In this document: in pieces, positions 33,930 to 43,502 of the stretch
How positions within the stretch are numbered: the stretch's first letter is position 1
How the letters are laid out: every line of letters begins with the position of its first letter
DNA from: Candidatus Anstonellales archaeon
GTDB taxonomy: Archaea; Micrarchaeota; Micrarchaeia; Anstonellales; J096
Direction: 5' to 3'
Length of the DNA stretch: 64,000 bases
Assembly: GCA_038740615.1 (NCBI GenBank)
Contig: JAVYLQ010000001.1
Coordinates: 13,865-77,864, forward strand
Notes under the pieces: model-generated
What the model was told of the DNA's origin: nothing
Database searches by the model: none
The model's input: the letters and a program-made list of their open reading frames with translations, nothing else
Made by a program: the position numbers and the translations under genes

Positions 33930-35537
33930 ATGATGAAATCGAAATTAAAGTATGGCAAGAGCAGCAATCTGAGTAGAGCAATAAGAATTGATTATGATAG
34001 TACCCAAGACATCTGTGATTATTCTGATAGCCAAGGGATCAGAGAGAGATTAATTAGAAAATTTCTGGAGAGATTCAAGAAAGACTTGGAGAGAGGTAAA
34101 TACGAACGGGTCATATCGAATTGGCCTCTACCAATACAAATAGAACCGAACAAACATAACGCAAGAGAGATTTTAGATTTAATATACAGCGATATAACTC
34201 GAATTTATGAGTCTTTATCTTCATTAGAGCAAATACATACGATCAGGAAGATTAAGACAAGTTCAGATAGATTGAGTAAGCTAATAGAGATCCTTAGAGC
34301 TACTAAATACGATAAACTAACTGAGTATTCTGTACTATTGATAGAAGGTTTGAAAGTAGTCAGTAAAGAACGTTTTGGGGAGCAGATGGCAAATATTCTT
34401 AATCATATTATATATGATAGTGATAGTAGTTGGGATAGAGCGGATTATAAGTTGAGTAATGATAAATTAAGATATGTTAAAGCTGCCCTCTCAATAGCTG
34501 GGATTGTGTTTGCTCTAGAGTATTCTAAGAGAAAAAATGAGTCTAGGAAAAAGTGGGATAATGTTGCTAGATTCTTCATTGAATTCTATAAGGAGCTCGA
34601 GTACGATGGTGTTGTGGATGTTATCGAAGAAGTATACTTTATGGATAGAGAGCAATTTAACAGAATTTATGAAGAATTAAAATGTAAAAAGTTCCAAGAG
34701 ATACGAGATGTGTTAAAAAATTTAGAGAATGTAGAGGGAGTAGAATCTAGATTGAAAAGTAAATACAGTACCTATATGAAGCTTAAGAATAAGTATAAAT
34801 TAGATCCGGATAATCAGAAACTGGATCTAAATACTGTAAAGGAGAAATTAAATGATGTGAATGGATTCAGAATCATACTGAAAGATCCTAATAATTTCAC
34901 AAAAACTCTAGCTCTTCTACTACATAAGATATCGGAGGTAATAAGAGATATTAAGATGATAGAGTTGGAGTTCTATAATTGTGAAGACCGATTGGAGCAG
35001 ATGAAACGGGATTTAAAAAAACCCCCCAATAGTCTTATAGAGGAGCTAAACGAACATATAAAAAATAATAATACTAAGATGGAATCCAGGAAGAAAGATA
35101 ATAACTATAGGGCAATTCATGTACTGTTTGCTACCCCAGAAAATGTTAAAATAGAAGTACATGTGATTGAAAGCAGAGAAATCTATGAGAGAAACAAATA
35201 CTCTCAATCATCCGCACATATTATTTACAAGAACAGAGATTTGCAAGATGTGGTTGACAAACTTAGATCCACTTTACTACAGCTATTATCTCTAAATCAA
35301 ATTATGCTAAAAGATGGAAATGAGGAAATAGAGTTGTCACCGGCTGATATCAAATCTTATGGTGATAAGCAGATCATATGGCAGAGTGGTGCAAATGATC
35401 GTGTGATATTGCTATTTGGAGATAGTCTAAGTTATATGAAAGTCCTAAGTCCTAAAGTAGAAACGCCAATATCCATAAATGTTAAAATAGACAAATATAC
35501 TAATAAGATGGTGGCTAAAGTTGAATCAGATAATTGA
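33930..35537 (+). CDS. RelA/SpoT-homolog (RSH) synthetase-domain protein (small alarmone synthetase/toxSAS-like nucleotidyltransferase) with unknown N-terminal domain
   Basis: Ordered RSH synthetase motifs: RLKSKYSTYMKLK (G[RK]xKxxxS[IT]YxK-like), DVNGFRIIL (DxxGxR), NYRAIHVLF (GYxSxH), KIEVHVIESREIYERNKYSQSSAHIIYK (ExQIRT..AHxxYK-like). 535 aa. Confidence 0.5.
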   Translation: MMKSKLKYGKSSNLSRAIRIDYDSTQDICDYSDSQGIRERLIRKFLERFKKDLERGKYERVISNWPLPIQIEPNKHNAREILDLIYSDITRIYESLSSLEQIHTIRKIKTSSDRLSKLIEILRATKYDKLTEYSVLLIEGLKVVSKERFGEQMANILNHIIYDSDSSWDRADYKLSNDKLRYVKAALSIAGIVFALEYSKRKNESRKKWDNVARFFIEFYKELEYDGVVDVIEEVYFMDREQFNRIYEELKCKKFQEIRDVLKNLENVEGVESRLKSKYSTYMKLKNKYKLDPDNQKLDLNTVKEKLNDVNGFRIILKDPNNFTKTLALLLHKISEVIRDIKMIELEFYNCEDRLEQMKRDLKKPPNSLIEELNEHIKNNNTKMESRKKDNNYRAIHVLFATPENVKIEVHVIESREIYERNKYSQSSAHIIYKNRDLQDVVDKLRSTLLQLLSLNQIMLKDGNEEIELSPADIKSYGDKQIIWQSGANDRVILLFGDSLSYMKVLSPKVETPISINVKIDKYTNKMVAKVESDN

Positions 35538-36213
35538 TTATATTGCTAGTGTTGGTATAGATGGAGCCAGATGGATAGAGGAGAATGTTGATAAACAATA
35601 CCAGTCATTACTAGAACTATCAGAATATCTACCCACTGATAGATTCCTTACGTTGATTGTAAAAAATGCACTGATTGCATTCCAACTCACTTCTAAAGGT
35701 GAACACTATTGGCAGGAGTTTAGCGAATACTTCATAAGTAATCCTGATAAAGATATAGTAGATTTTTTGAGAACGAGTAAGGGAAATAGATTGTATCACA
35801 ATATGAAAATTAATAGATTGAAAAGAATAGAGAATTCTGTTTTTGGAATAGAGTACTACTGGGATATGAATAAACTAAGAAGAGAACTGGAATTAAAGTT
35901 GAATAGTACTGGTAAGACAATATTCTTTGCTGTGAAAATGTACGGATATGGAGCTAGAATAGTTTCAAAACAATTCATACCGTATCCAACATCCATCCCC
36001 ATACCTGTTGATTCTAGAGTAAGGAAAATAACAGAAAGGATTGGAGGATCCGACCCAGAGAAGTTCTGGCAAGAGGTATCTCACCAAACAGGAGTACCAC
36101 CACTACACATAGATTCTATAATCTGGCCTTTACTATCCGGAGATAGGGAAATACTAGATAGGTATAGATCTAGATTTAGTATACCTAAGTTTTTATCCTC
36201 TTTAATAGATTGA
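35521..36213 (+). CDS. AGOG-like 8-oxoguanine DNA glycosylase/lyase (HhH fold), tentative
   Basis: 230 aa; FFAVKMYGYGARIV...IPIPVDSRVRKITERIG resembles the AGOG catalytic Lys/HhH region. Overlaps the upstream RSH-like gene by 17 nt. Confidence 0.45.
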   Translation: MNQIIDYIASVGIDGARWIEENVDKQYQSLLELSEYLPTDRFLTLIVKNALIAFQLTSKGEHYWQEFSEYFISNPDKDIVDFLRTSKGNRLYHNMKINRLKRIENSVFGIEYYWDMNKLRRELELKLNSTGKTIFFAVKMYGYGARIVSKQFIPYPTSIPIPVDSRVRKITERIGGSDPEKFWQEVSHQTGVPPLHIDSIIWPLLSGDREILDRYRSRFSIPKFLSSLID

Positions 36214-37372
36214 TAATACTCTTATCATTCTTTATTTTATTAAATGCTCTCTTTGCTTCAAAGAACTTGTTCAACATATTTCTTACCTCTAATTCGTTAA
36301 GACCCGCTCCCTTAGCGATTCTTCTAATTCTGGAATCAGATGATTTTATTATTTCAGGTTTTCTACGCTCTTCTGGAGTCATAGAATCTATCATAGCCCT
36401 AAACTTTCTCATCATATCCTGCATTTTCATTGATTGTTCTACATTTACATTTATTCCGAATCCGCTCAATATATCCTCTATATTCCTACCTCGCATTTGC
36501 TCTAGCTGCTTCAAATAAGTCTCGAAATTAAATTCCAAAGATTCGTCCAAATCATCTAAAACCTCTTTCAACTGGCTAGGATTTATAAATCCCAACATCT
36601 TTGTTAGTAGATCATCCGGATTGTAAGGGCTTATGTTATCTATTTTCTCCCCGTGTCCTACAAATACTATTGGAATTTTCAGATTTCTAACAGCAATAAA
36701 TGCTCCCCCTGCCTTACCTGATCCATCTATCTTAGTGATTATAGCCCCGGTTATTCCCAATTCCTTGAAGCTCTCTGCCAATTTCTCCGCATATTTACCT
36801 GTATCCGCACCTATAACCAACCACACATCATCAGGTGAAACCCTTTCCCTTATAGATTTTAGCTTATCTATATATCTCTGTTCTTCACCAGATTTGCCAG
36901 GAGTATCGATGATCCACATTTCGTTTGGTTTTGGATTGTAGACTTCAGAATAATCTCTAACTAGCTGTTTCAATTGTTCTTTACCAGCTGGTCGCTCATC
37001 ATCAAAAGATACAACTCTGGTAGGAAGCCCTCTAGTAGAGAAATATTTCCAGAGCTTTGCGGCAGTAGTAGTCTTCCCCGATCCATACAATCCAACCAAC
37101 ATTATTTTCCTAGGTCTAAAATCTGGTTGATAAGGTTCACCTAATACTTCCTTTAGAATATTATAAAGAGAGCGGATTATATATTGCTTGCTTGGAAACT
37201 TATCCTTAGAGATATCTGATTTAAGTCTGTTTGTAATTTCAAAGACCACTTTTGGAGGGATATCTGCTAGCAACATTGATTTCTGTATCTCTAGAATAAA
37301 TTCTCCTATTGCCGTTTGATCTAAAATGGGCTTTCCTAGGAATTTCTCTATAATGGGTCTTAGTGATATCAT
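36185..37372 (-). CDS. srp54: Signal recognition particle protein SRP54 (compact, atypical G3 motif)
   Basis: G1 GLYGSGKTTTAAKL, G4 TKIDGSGKAGG, Met-rich M domain (MTPEERRKPEIIKSSDSRIRRIAKGAGL). G3 reads DTPGK instead of DTAGR. 395 aa. Confidence 0.8.
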   Translation of the reverse strand: MISLRPIIEKFLGKPILDQTAIGEFILEIQKSMLLADIPPKVVFEITNRLKSDISKDKFPSKQYIIRSLYNILKEVLGEPYQPDFRPRKIMLVGLYGSGKTTTAAKLWKYFSTRGLPTRVVSFDDERPAGKEQLKQLVRDYSEVYNPKPNEMWIIDTPGKSGEEQRYIDKLKSIRERVSPDDVWLVIGADTGKYAEKLAESFKELGITGAIITKIDGSGKAGGAFIAVRNLKIPIVFVGHGEKIDNISPYNPDDLLTKMLGFINPSQLKEVLDDLDESLEFNFETYLKQLEQMRGRNIEDILSGFGINVNVEQSMKMQDMMRKFRAMIDSMTPEERRKPEIIKSSDSRIRRIAKGAGLNELEVRNMLNKFFEAKRAFNKIKNDKSIINLLKRIKT

Positions 37373-38316
37373 CCTTCGTCTCCTAACAATTGAGGGGATT
37401 TAACACCTACAGAAAACATTATTACCTGAATCGTGTCTTTTAGGTCCTCTTTAATCCTAACCCCCATCTTAACCTCGCCCATCTCCACAATTCCTCGAGT
37501 CAGACTATTTGCCACCTCACTAACCTCACCTAGTTGTACATCTGGGGAGATAGTTAGGTGTATTATAGCACCTTTAGCACCTTCATAGTCTATATTTAGT
37601 AATGGATGAGATAATGTTGATTCTATTGCCTTTTTAACTCTATCAGTACCAGAACCCTGACCAATAGATATCATTATTAATCCTCCTTTAGAGAGTAAGG
37701 CTCGCATATCTGCTAAATCTACATTTATTAGAGATACCTCAGATAATACACTTACCAATCCATCTACAGCATTTATCACAACGTTATCTACCATTTCAAA
37801 AGCCTTACTTATAGATAGATTAGGGAAGTATTCCATAAGTTTGTTATTGTCTATCAATACTAATGTATTAACGTATTGCATAAATCTCTGTATCCCTTCT
37901 GATGCTGTTTTCAGCCTAGCTCTTTCAAATCTGAATGGATAGGTTGCTACACCTATTATAACTGCATATGGCATATTATCCCTTAATAGTTTTGCTAATG
38001 CTGGCGCTCCTCCTGTACCAGTACCACCCCCCATACCAGCTACTATGAATATGAAATCTGGATCTTGGATTAGATCTAAGATCTTATCCTTAGCCAGTAA
38101 TATAGCTCTCTCGCCTATCTCAGGCCTACCTCCTGAACCATGGCCTAACATAGGAGTCTGAAGCAGTATTTTATGATCAGCTAGTGCACCAACCAAGCTG
38201 TTATATGTAGATCCAAGAACGATAGTTTTGACAACATTAGAATTAATCCCTCTGAGTTTCATTCTTGAGATTATATTTAAACCCGCATCACCAATTCCAA
38301 TAACATATATTCTCAT
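37369..38316 (-). CDS. ftsZ: FtsZ/tubulin-family GTPase (compact FtsZ homolog lacking C-terminal tail)
   Basis: IYVIGIGDAGLN, tubulin signature GMGGGTGTGGAP, T7-loop INVDLADMR; 315 aa; ATGA overlap with srp54. Confidence 0.8.
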   Translation of the reverse strand: MRIYVIGIGDAGLNIISRMKLRGINSNVVKTIVLGSTYNSLVGALADHKILLQTPMLGHGSGGRPEIGERAILLAKDKILDLIQDPDFIFIVAGMGGGTGTGGAPALAKLLRDNMPYAVIIGVATYPFRFERARLKTASEGIQRFMQYVNTLVLIDNNKLMEYFPNLSISKAFEMVDNVVINAVDGLVSVLSEVSLINVDLADMRALLSKGGLIMISIGQGSGTDRVKKAIESTLSHPLLNIDYEGAKGAIIHLTISPDVQLGEVSEVANSLTRGIVEMGEVKMGVRIKEDLKDTIQVIMFSVGVKSPQLLGDEG

Positions 38317-38370
38317 AGCACTTTATATTAGCTGAACATCATATTTAAATTTATCTATCAAATCTAAAAC

Positions 38371-40077
38371 ATGATTTTAAGATCACCTATAATAAGTGTA
38401 TTGGGTCATGTTGATCATGGTAAAACCAGTCTATTGGATAGAATAAGACAATCAAATATAGCTAGAAAAGAAGCTGGAGGGATAACTCAAATGATAGGTG
38501 CAAGCTATCTATCTAAGGATTCAATAATTGCTCTATCTGGAGATTTTCTAAAGAGATGGAATTTTGAATTATTGATTCCAGGGTTATTATTCATAGATAC
38601 ACCTGGCCATGAGGCATTTACATTATTGAGAGAACAAGGAGGGAGTATAGCTGACTTAGCTATACTTGTTATAGATATAAAACAGGGTATCCAACCTCAA
38701 ACAGTAGAGAGTATAAACATACTCAGGAACTATAAGACTCCTTTTGTAGTTGCACTAACCAAAATAGATCTGATCAGTGGGTGGAAAAACTTAAGCGATA
38801 ATATAATTAGTAACATAGAATTGCAGAATAGTATAACTAGGAAGGAATTTGAAGAATTAGTCTGGAGAAGAATTGGCGAATTAGCAGAACAGGGAATAAA
38901 TGCAGATCTGTTTTTCAACATAAGAGACTTCACCAGAACCGCTGCAATTGTACCTGTATCATCAGTAACTGGGGAAGGATTCTCCGAATTGATCGGATTG
39001 ATATGTGGATTATCTCAGAGATTTCTCAGAAACTCACTACAGATAGAGTTAGATGAACCTACAGAGGGCACTATAATAGATTTGAAAAGAGATTCTGGGG
39101 GGAATTATATTGATGTGATTATATATAAGGGCAAGTTAAGGAAAGGGGATACTATATACTCAATAGATCTATCAGGTAATATAAAGACAATAAAGGTCAG
39201 AGGTTTATTTATCCCAAATGTATCTTCAAATGATCCTAGAGATAGATATAAATCAATAGATCAGATAGCTGCTGCAGCCGGGGTTAGAATAGTAACTAAT
39301 TCAATCGACGGATTGATGATAGGATTACCGATATCTAGTAAGACTAAGATAGATAACTATAACATAAATAGGATCTTAAAAGTGGACGACCAGGGTATAG
39401 TAGTGAAAACAGATTCTATTGGTAGCGCTGATGCATTCAGAAGACTTGTTGAGAAAGAAGGGATAAAAATAAGGAAAATAGGGGTTGGAAACATAAACAA
39501 AGATGATATAGAAATGGCATCAGCCATGAATGAATTAAACCCAGATTATGGTTTTGTAATAGGATTTAATGTGAACATATCCAGAGAGGATCTGGAATTT
39601 GCAGAGTCACATGGGGTTAAGATAATAATAGGAGATGTAATATACAGATTGATTGAATCCTACAAGGAGAGAGTTAGAGAGAAGCGCGAGAGGTTACTCC
39701 AGGAATTGATGCAGAAGGCCACTCCTCCAGCAAAGCTGTTTGTAATGAAAGATTACATATTCAGAATTAGTAAGCCTGCAATATTTGGTATTAGAGTTAT
39801 TGAAGGGGAAATTAGGACGAATATGAGATTAATAAATAACCAAGGAGAGATTATCGGAGAGGTTGTAGGGATACAAAAGAATAAGATTCAGATAAATTCT
39901 GCAAAGGCAGGAGAGGAAGTTGCAATAGCTGTAAATGGTGGTGAAATAGGAGATAATATACTACCAGATAGTTTTCTATGGAGTGATGTGAGTGATATTG
40001 ATAAGTGGAGAGATATGATATCTCAAGAATTATATGAGGAATACAGAAGAATATTATTACTTAGAAAAATAAGATAG
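38371..40077 (+). CDS. infB: Translation initiation factor aIF5B (IF-2)
   Basis: SVLGHVDHGKTSLLD, DTPGHEAF, TKIDL GTPase motifs plus beta-barrel domains; 568 aa. Confidence 0.85.
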   Translation: MILRSPIISVLGHVDHGKTSLLDRIRQSNIARKEAGGITQMIGASYLSKDSIIALSGDFLKRWNFELLIPGLLFIDTPGHEAFTLLREQGGSIADLAILVIDIKQGIQPQTVESINILRNYKTPFVVALTKIDLISGWKNLSDNIISNIELQNSITRKEFEELVWRRIGELAEQGINADLFFNIRDFTRTAAIVPVSSVTGEGFSELIGLICGLSQRFLRNSLQIELDEPTEGTIIDLKRDSGGNYIDVIIYKGKLRKGDTIYSIDLSGNIKTIKVRGLFIPNVSSNDPRDRYKSIDQIAAAAGVRIVTNSIDGLMIGLPISSKTKIDNYNINRILKVDDQGIVVKTDSIGSADAFRRLVEKEGIKIRKIGVGNINKDDIEMASAMNELNPDYGFVIGFNVNISREDLEFAESHGVKIIIGDVIYRLIESYKERVREKRERLLQELMQKATPPAKLFVMKDYIFRISKPAIFGIRVIEGEIRTNMRLINNQGEIIGEVVGIQKNKIQINSAKAGEEVAIAVNGGEIGDNILPDSFLWSDVSDIDKWRDMISQELYEEYRRILLLRKIR

Positions 40078-40563
40078 ATAGGGCTGAATTAGTTTCTGAA
40101 ACACGCTGTAACGATTTATCTTTATGATAATCCATCTGCCCTGTTTAAGAACTATCTCAGGATACATACCTAGATTATTCAACAACCAAAAATCCTGTGC
40201 ATCCCCTAAGATTTCATTATCTTGTAGTTCTATCTTCTTAAGATTAGCTAGTTCTCTGGAAGCCTCATATAGACCTGCCAGATATGCTCCAGAGAATTCA
40301 TTTAAGAATCTGAATTTTCTAATTCTTTCCCTCTCAATTCTCTTTATCATCCCCCTCCCTTTAGTTGTTCCTCTAATAATATAGCCATTTCCTAATTTGA
40401 TGACTTCATATTTATCATGTGCTAGAAAAAACTTAACATACCAATCAATAAATTCTTTTGAATGAGTGCCTCTAATGCCTATCCCACCTTTACCATATTT
40501 TAATAGATGCCACCATCCTACCATATAAGCGATATGAGGTTGAAACTTAACGCTTGAGGACAT
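40057..40563 (-). CDS. Hypothetical protein (168 aa) with weak LAGLIDADG-like motifs
   Basis: IAYMVGWWHLL and GAYLAGLYEAS loosely resemble LAGLIDADG repeats but lack canonical acidic residues. 3' end overlaps infB 3' end by 21 nt. Confidence 0.35.
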   Translation of the reverse strand: MSSSVKFQPHIAYMVGWWHLLKYGKGGIGIRGTHSKEFIDWYVKFFLAHDKYEVIKLGNGYIIRGTTKGRGMIKRIERERIRKFRFLNEFSGAYLAGLYEASRELANLKKIELQDNEILGDAQDFWLLNNLGMYPEIVLKQGRWIIIKINRYSVFQKLIQPYLSYFSK

Positions 40564-41056
40564 TTTCCTCTTTCTTCTCTTGGGTCTGTTGCTGTTGAGT
40601 GGATACAGAAGTTTTCTGTGGTTGAGATAATCTCATTTTCAACTCAGTAGTATTAGCCAGTATCCTCTCACCTAATAACTGATCAAAGTTAGCAATAAAT
40701 CTATCTGCTGTCTTATTACCATCCAAACCAATTGAATTAAACACATCCACCAATTCCTTACGCTCTGCCTCTGTAAATGGCTGTTGATTGCTCTCTATAT
40801 TCTGTATAGCTCTACTGAATATTCTTTCGATCTTATCTAAATTCTGATTTAATTTCTCTCTATCTAATAATTTAGTCTGAGGATCTTTGGATGAAATAAT
40901 GAATGCTGATATAAGAGCGATACTTGAGATCTCTATCTGCTTTATTCTCTGTGATAAGATACTATTTATTATAGATATATCTTTCTTAGATGCACCTCCT
41001 TTTTGCAGAGCTGATAGGATTCTGTTTTTAAATTCATTCAAATTCATGCTGATCAA
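40547..41056 (-). CDS. Hypothetical protein (169 aa) with Gln-rich C-terminal tail
   Basis: ORF coupled (17-nt overlap) to the downstream gene; C-terminus SVSTQQQQTQEKKEE; no known motif. Confidence 0.35.
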   Translation of the reverse strand: MISMNLNEFKNRILSALQKGGASKKDISIINSILSQRIKQIEISSIALISAFIISSKDPQTKLLDREKLNQNLDKIERIFSRAIQNIESNQQPFTEAERKELVDVFNSIGLDGNKTADRFIANFDQLLGERILANTTELKMRLSQPQKTSVSTQQQQTQEKKEENVLKR

Positions 41057-41058
41057 TA

Positions 41059-41478
41059 TTATTTTAGATTATTTTTTAAAAGGTTCAGTAATGCATCTGC
41101 ACTAATCTCAGAAGGCTGCAATGCTACATCAGTATACTTTCCATCTCGGTATATAATATAAGTAGTTTCAATATCAACATTCAATCTCCTTAATCTTTCC
41201 ATTAGATTTGCCAGACTACCAGGTTTATCCTCCATCCTAATAACCACTATCTCTTTAGAATCAATACTCTTAATATATGGGATTTTTATCAGCTCTCTCC
41301 TAGCAGTATCATGATCTGTGGTTACTAATCTAAACACCGCCTCCCAATCGGAAACATAAGCGAATATAGAATCTATATTAATACCTGCTTTTGATAATCT
41401 ATAGGAAATCTCATGTAATACTCCAACTTTGTTCTCACTAACAACCACAAGCTCTTTCTCTTTCCTCACTTTATCCAT
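41059..41478 (-). CDS. ACT-domain pair protein
   Basis: Two ~65-aa repeats with ACT-like beta-alpha-beta-beta-alpha-beta pattern (VGVLHEISYRLSKAGINI; PGSLANLMERLRRLNVDI). Confidence 0.6.
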   Translation of the reverse strand: MDKVRKEKELVVVSENKVGVLHEISYRLSKAGINIDSIFAYVSDWEAVFRLVTTDHDTARRELIKIPYIKSIDSKEIVVIRMEDKPGSLANLMERLRRLNVDIETTYIIYRDGKYTDVALQPSEISADALLNLLKNNLK

Positions 41479-41530
41479 GATTTATAATTGTTAGTTCATA
41501 TTTTTAAAGCATACTATAATATAGAATATA

Positions 41531-42286
41531 ATGCTACTCATACTAGGTCTATTAGCACTATTACTAAGCTCCTATAGCTTGGATGCCGAGTTGTTATCAT
41601 TAGAGGTTAATGTATATCTAAATCCGGATCTTACACTCCAGGTAACAGAACAATACAGGATAATTGTTTATAATATAGAAAAATACGTGGAATTGTCTAG
41701 TAGTAAAAATGCTACCATATCAGATTGGAGGGATTTTATAAATGATCCTAGATTCGGTTTCCATATATCTGGTGATGGGATATTCCGAGAAAATCTACAG
41801 ATAGATACATCTCAGATATATCTGAAGAATTATAGATCTGGTTTTGCAGATATAACTATAAAATATAATATGAAGGGGTTTAATAGAGATTATGGAGTAT
41901 TCTATGTGAAAAACACTTCTCCAAGATATGAGATCATCGAGTTGAATCCAAACTATTTAACATTCACCAGAACAGGTAATAGATATATTCTACTCAGTAG
42001 TAGTGAAGCAATAAGATTTAGATTTCATCCTAGCTTTTCAATAATAGAGATACAACCAGCACCCATATCGGAAGGAGATACGCATACGTGGACAAATACA
42101 GTTCTGAATAATCCAAGAATAATTCTAAGGAGATCTATATCGTATGATCAATTAGTGATTGAAGGAATATTAGAGATATATTCTAAAGCCCTAACAATAT
42201 TATCTTCAACTGTATCGATAACATATATAATTATAACATTGATATTTATGATATTAACTGTTAAGGTGGTTCGAGATGATAAATAG
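41531..42286 (+). CDS. Secreted protein with N-terminal signal peptide and C-terminal TM anchor (hypothetical)
   Basis: MLLILGLLALLLSSYS signal; C-terminal hydrophobic stretch ITYIIITLIFMILTV; overlaps pheS start by 11 nt. Confidence 0.45.
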   Translation: MLLILGLLALLLSSYSLDAELLSLEVNVYLNPDLTLQVTEQYRIIVYNIEKYVELSSSKNATISDWRDFINDPRFGFHISGDGIFRENLQIDTSQIYLKNYRSGFADITIKYNMKGFNRDYGVFYVKNTSPRYEIIELNPNYLTFTRTGNRYILLSSSEAIRFRFHPSFSIIEIQPAPISEGDTHTWTNTVLNNPRIILRRSISYDQLVIEGILEIYSKALTILSSTVSITYIIITLIFMILTVKVVRDDK

Positions 42287-43502
42287 ATCAGAATATAATT
42301 TTCTGCTAAAGATCAGTAATGGTCAGTGGTGGAAAGATAGTGATATTGATAGCAATTTAGATTTCGTTAGAAGAACCGGATATTTCCTGAGTAGAAAGGG
42401 ATTAGTTGAAATGCAAGAGCACATTTCTCAAAAAGTAGAATTAGATAGGAGAGGTTTGGAGGCAAAACAGATTATATTAGGATTAGAAGATGGAACAGAT
42501 ATACAAAATATACCAAGTTACATTATAGGAATTCTTAAAGAGAGTGGTATGTTAGAGGGTAGAAAGTTCAGAAAAATAGATACTAATTTAGACCAGGTAC
42601 TCCTGAGAAGATTTGGTAAAGTTATAGATGAAAAATATTATAGCTATAGGATAACAGATCTTGGCAAGAAGATGATCGATAATTGGAAAGAGAGTGAGTA
42701 TATAATAAGTATAGACTCTCTAAAGAGCCAGAACATACAAATACCTTATATAGATGTGAACACTATAGAAACTATAAATATATCAAGAACACATATCATA
42801 ACACGATGGAAAAGAAAGATTGCTAAGATATTCTATGAACTTGGATTCAAGGAGATGAGCGGAGATTATATACAGATGTCCTTGTGGAATTTTGATGCAC
42901 TATTTCAACCTCAAGACCATCCATCCAGAGAACTGGCAGATACATTCTATTTGAGTAGAAAGAGAAGGGCAGATATTGATACATCAATTATACAGAAGGA
43001 GCATCAAGAATATTGGAGATATGAATGGGATATATCTGAAGCAGAGAAATTGGTGCTCAGAACTCATACAACAACGCTATCTGCCATTACATTATATAAA
43101 AACAAACATGGTAAATACTTCTCCATAGGCAAGGTTTTTAGAAATGAGGCAATTGATTACAAACATCTAGCAGAATTTCATCAAATAGAGGGAATAATCG
43201 CAGATACTAGCATGAATTTCAACTATCTTCTAGGTTTTCTTGAAGAGTTCTATAAGAGATTAGGTTTAGAAAGAATTAGATTCAGACCGAGCTATTTCCC
43301 TTATACAGAACCCAGTCTAGAGATCGAAGCCTACTTTCCTCAGAAAGATGCATGGATAGAGGTTGGTGGTGCTGGTATATTCAGAGAACAAGTATCAAAG
43401 ATACTAGGATGCGTTTATCCTGTAGGAGCATTTGGTCTAAGTCTAGAGAGAACCATAATGCTGTTTGAGGGTATCGAAGATATTAGATTATTATATGATT
43501 AA
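42276..43502 (+). CDS. pheS: Phenylalanyl-tRNA synthetase alpha subunit
   Basis: FQPQDHPSRELADTFY, FRNEAIDYKHLAEFHQIEG (class II motifs 1/2), GAFGLSLERT motif 3. Confidence 0.85.
   Translation: MINRSEYNFLLKISNGQWWKDSDIDSNLDFVRRTGYFLSRKGLVEMQEHISQKVELDRRGLEAKQIILGLEDGTDIQNIPSYIIGILKESGMLEGRKFRKIDTNLDQVLLRRFGKVIDEKYYSYRITDLGKKMIDNWKESEYIISIDSLKSQNIQIPYIDVNTIETINISRTHIITRWKRKIAKIFYELGFKEMSGDYIQMSLWNFDALFQPQDHPSRELADTFYLSRKRRADIDTSIIQKEHQEYWRYEWDISEAEKLVLRTHTTTLSAITLYKNKHGKYFSIGKVFRNEAIDYKHLAEFHQIEGIIADTSMNFNYLLGFLEEFYKRLGLERIRFRPSYFPYTEPSLEIEAYFPQKDAWIEVGGAGIFREQVSKILGCVYPVGAFGLSLERTIMLFEGIEDIRLLYD

Noticed and set aside
40057-40563. Calling the 168-aa protein a LAGLIDADG homing endonuclease / mobile element
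   Set aside because: The two LAGLIDADG-like strings lack the conserved acidic catalytic residues. There is no intein or intron context, and no target-gene disruption is visible.
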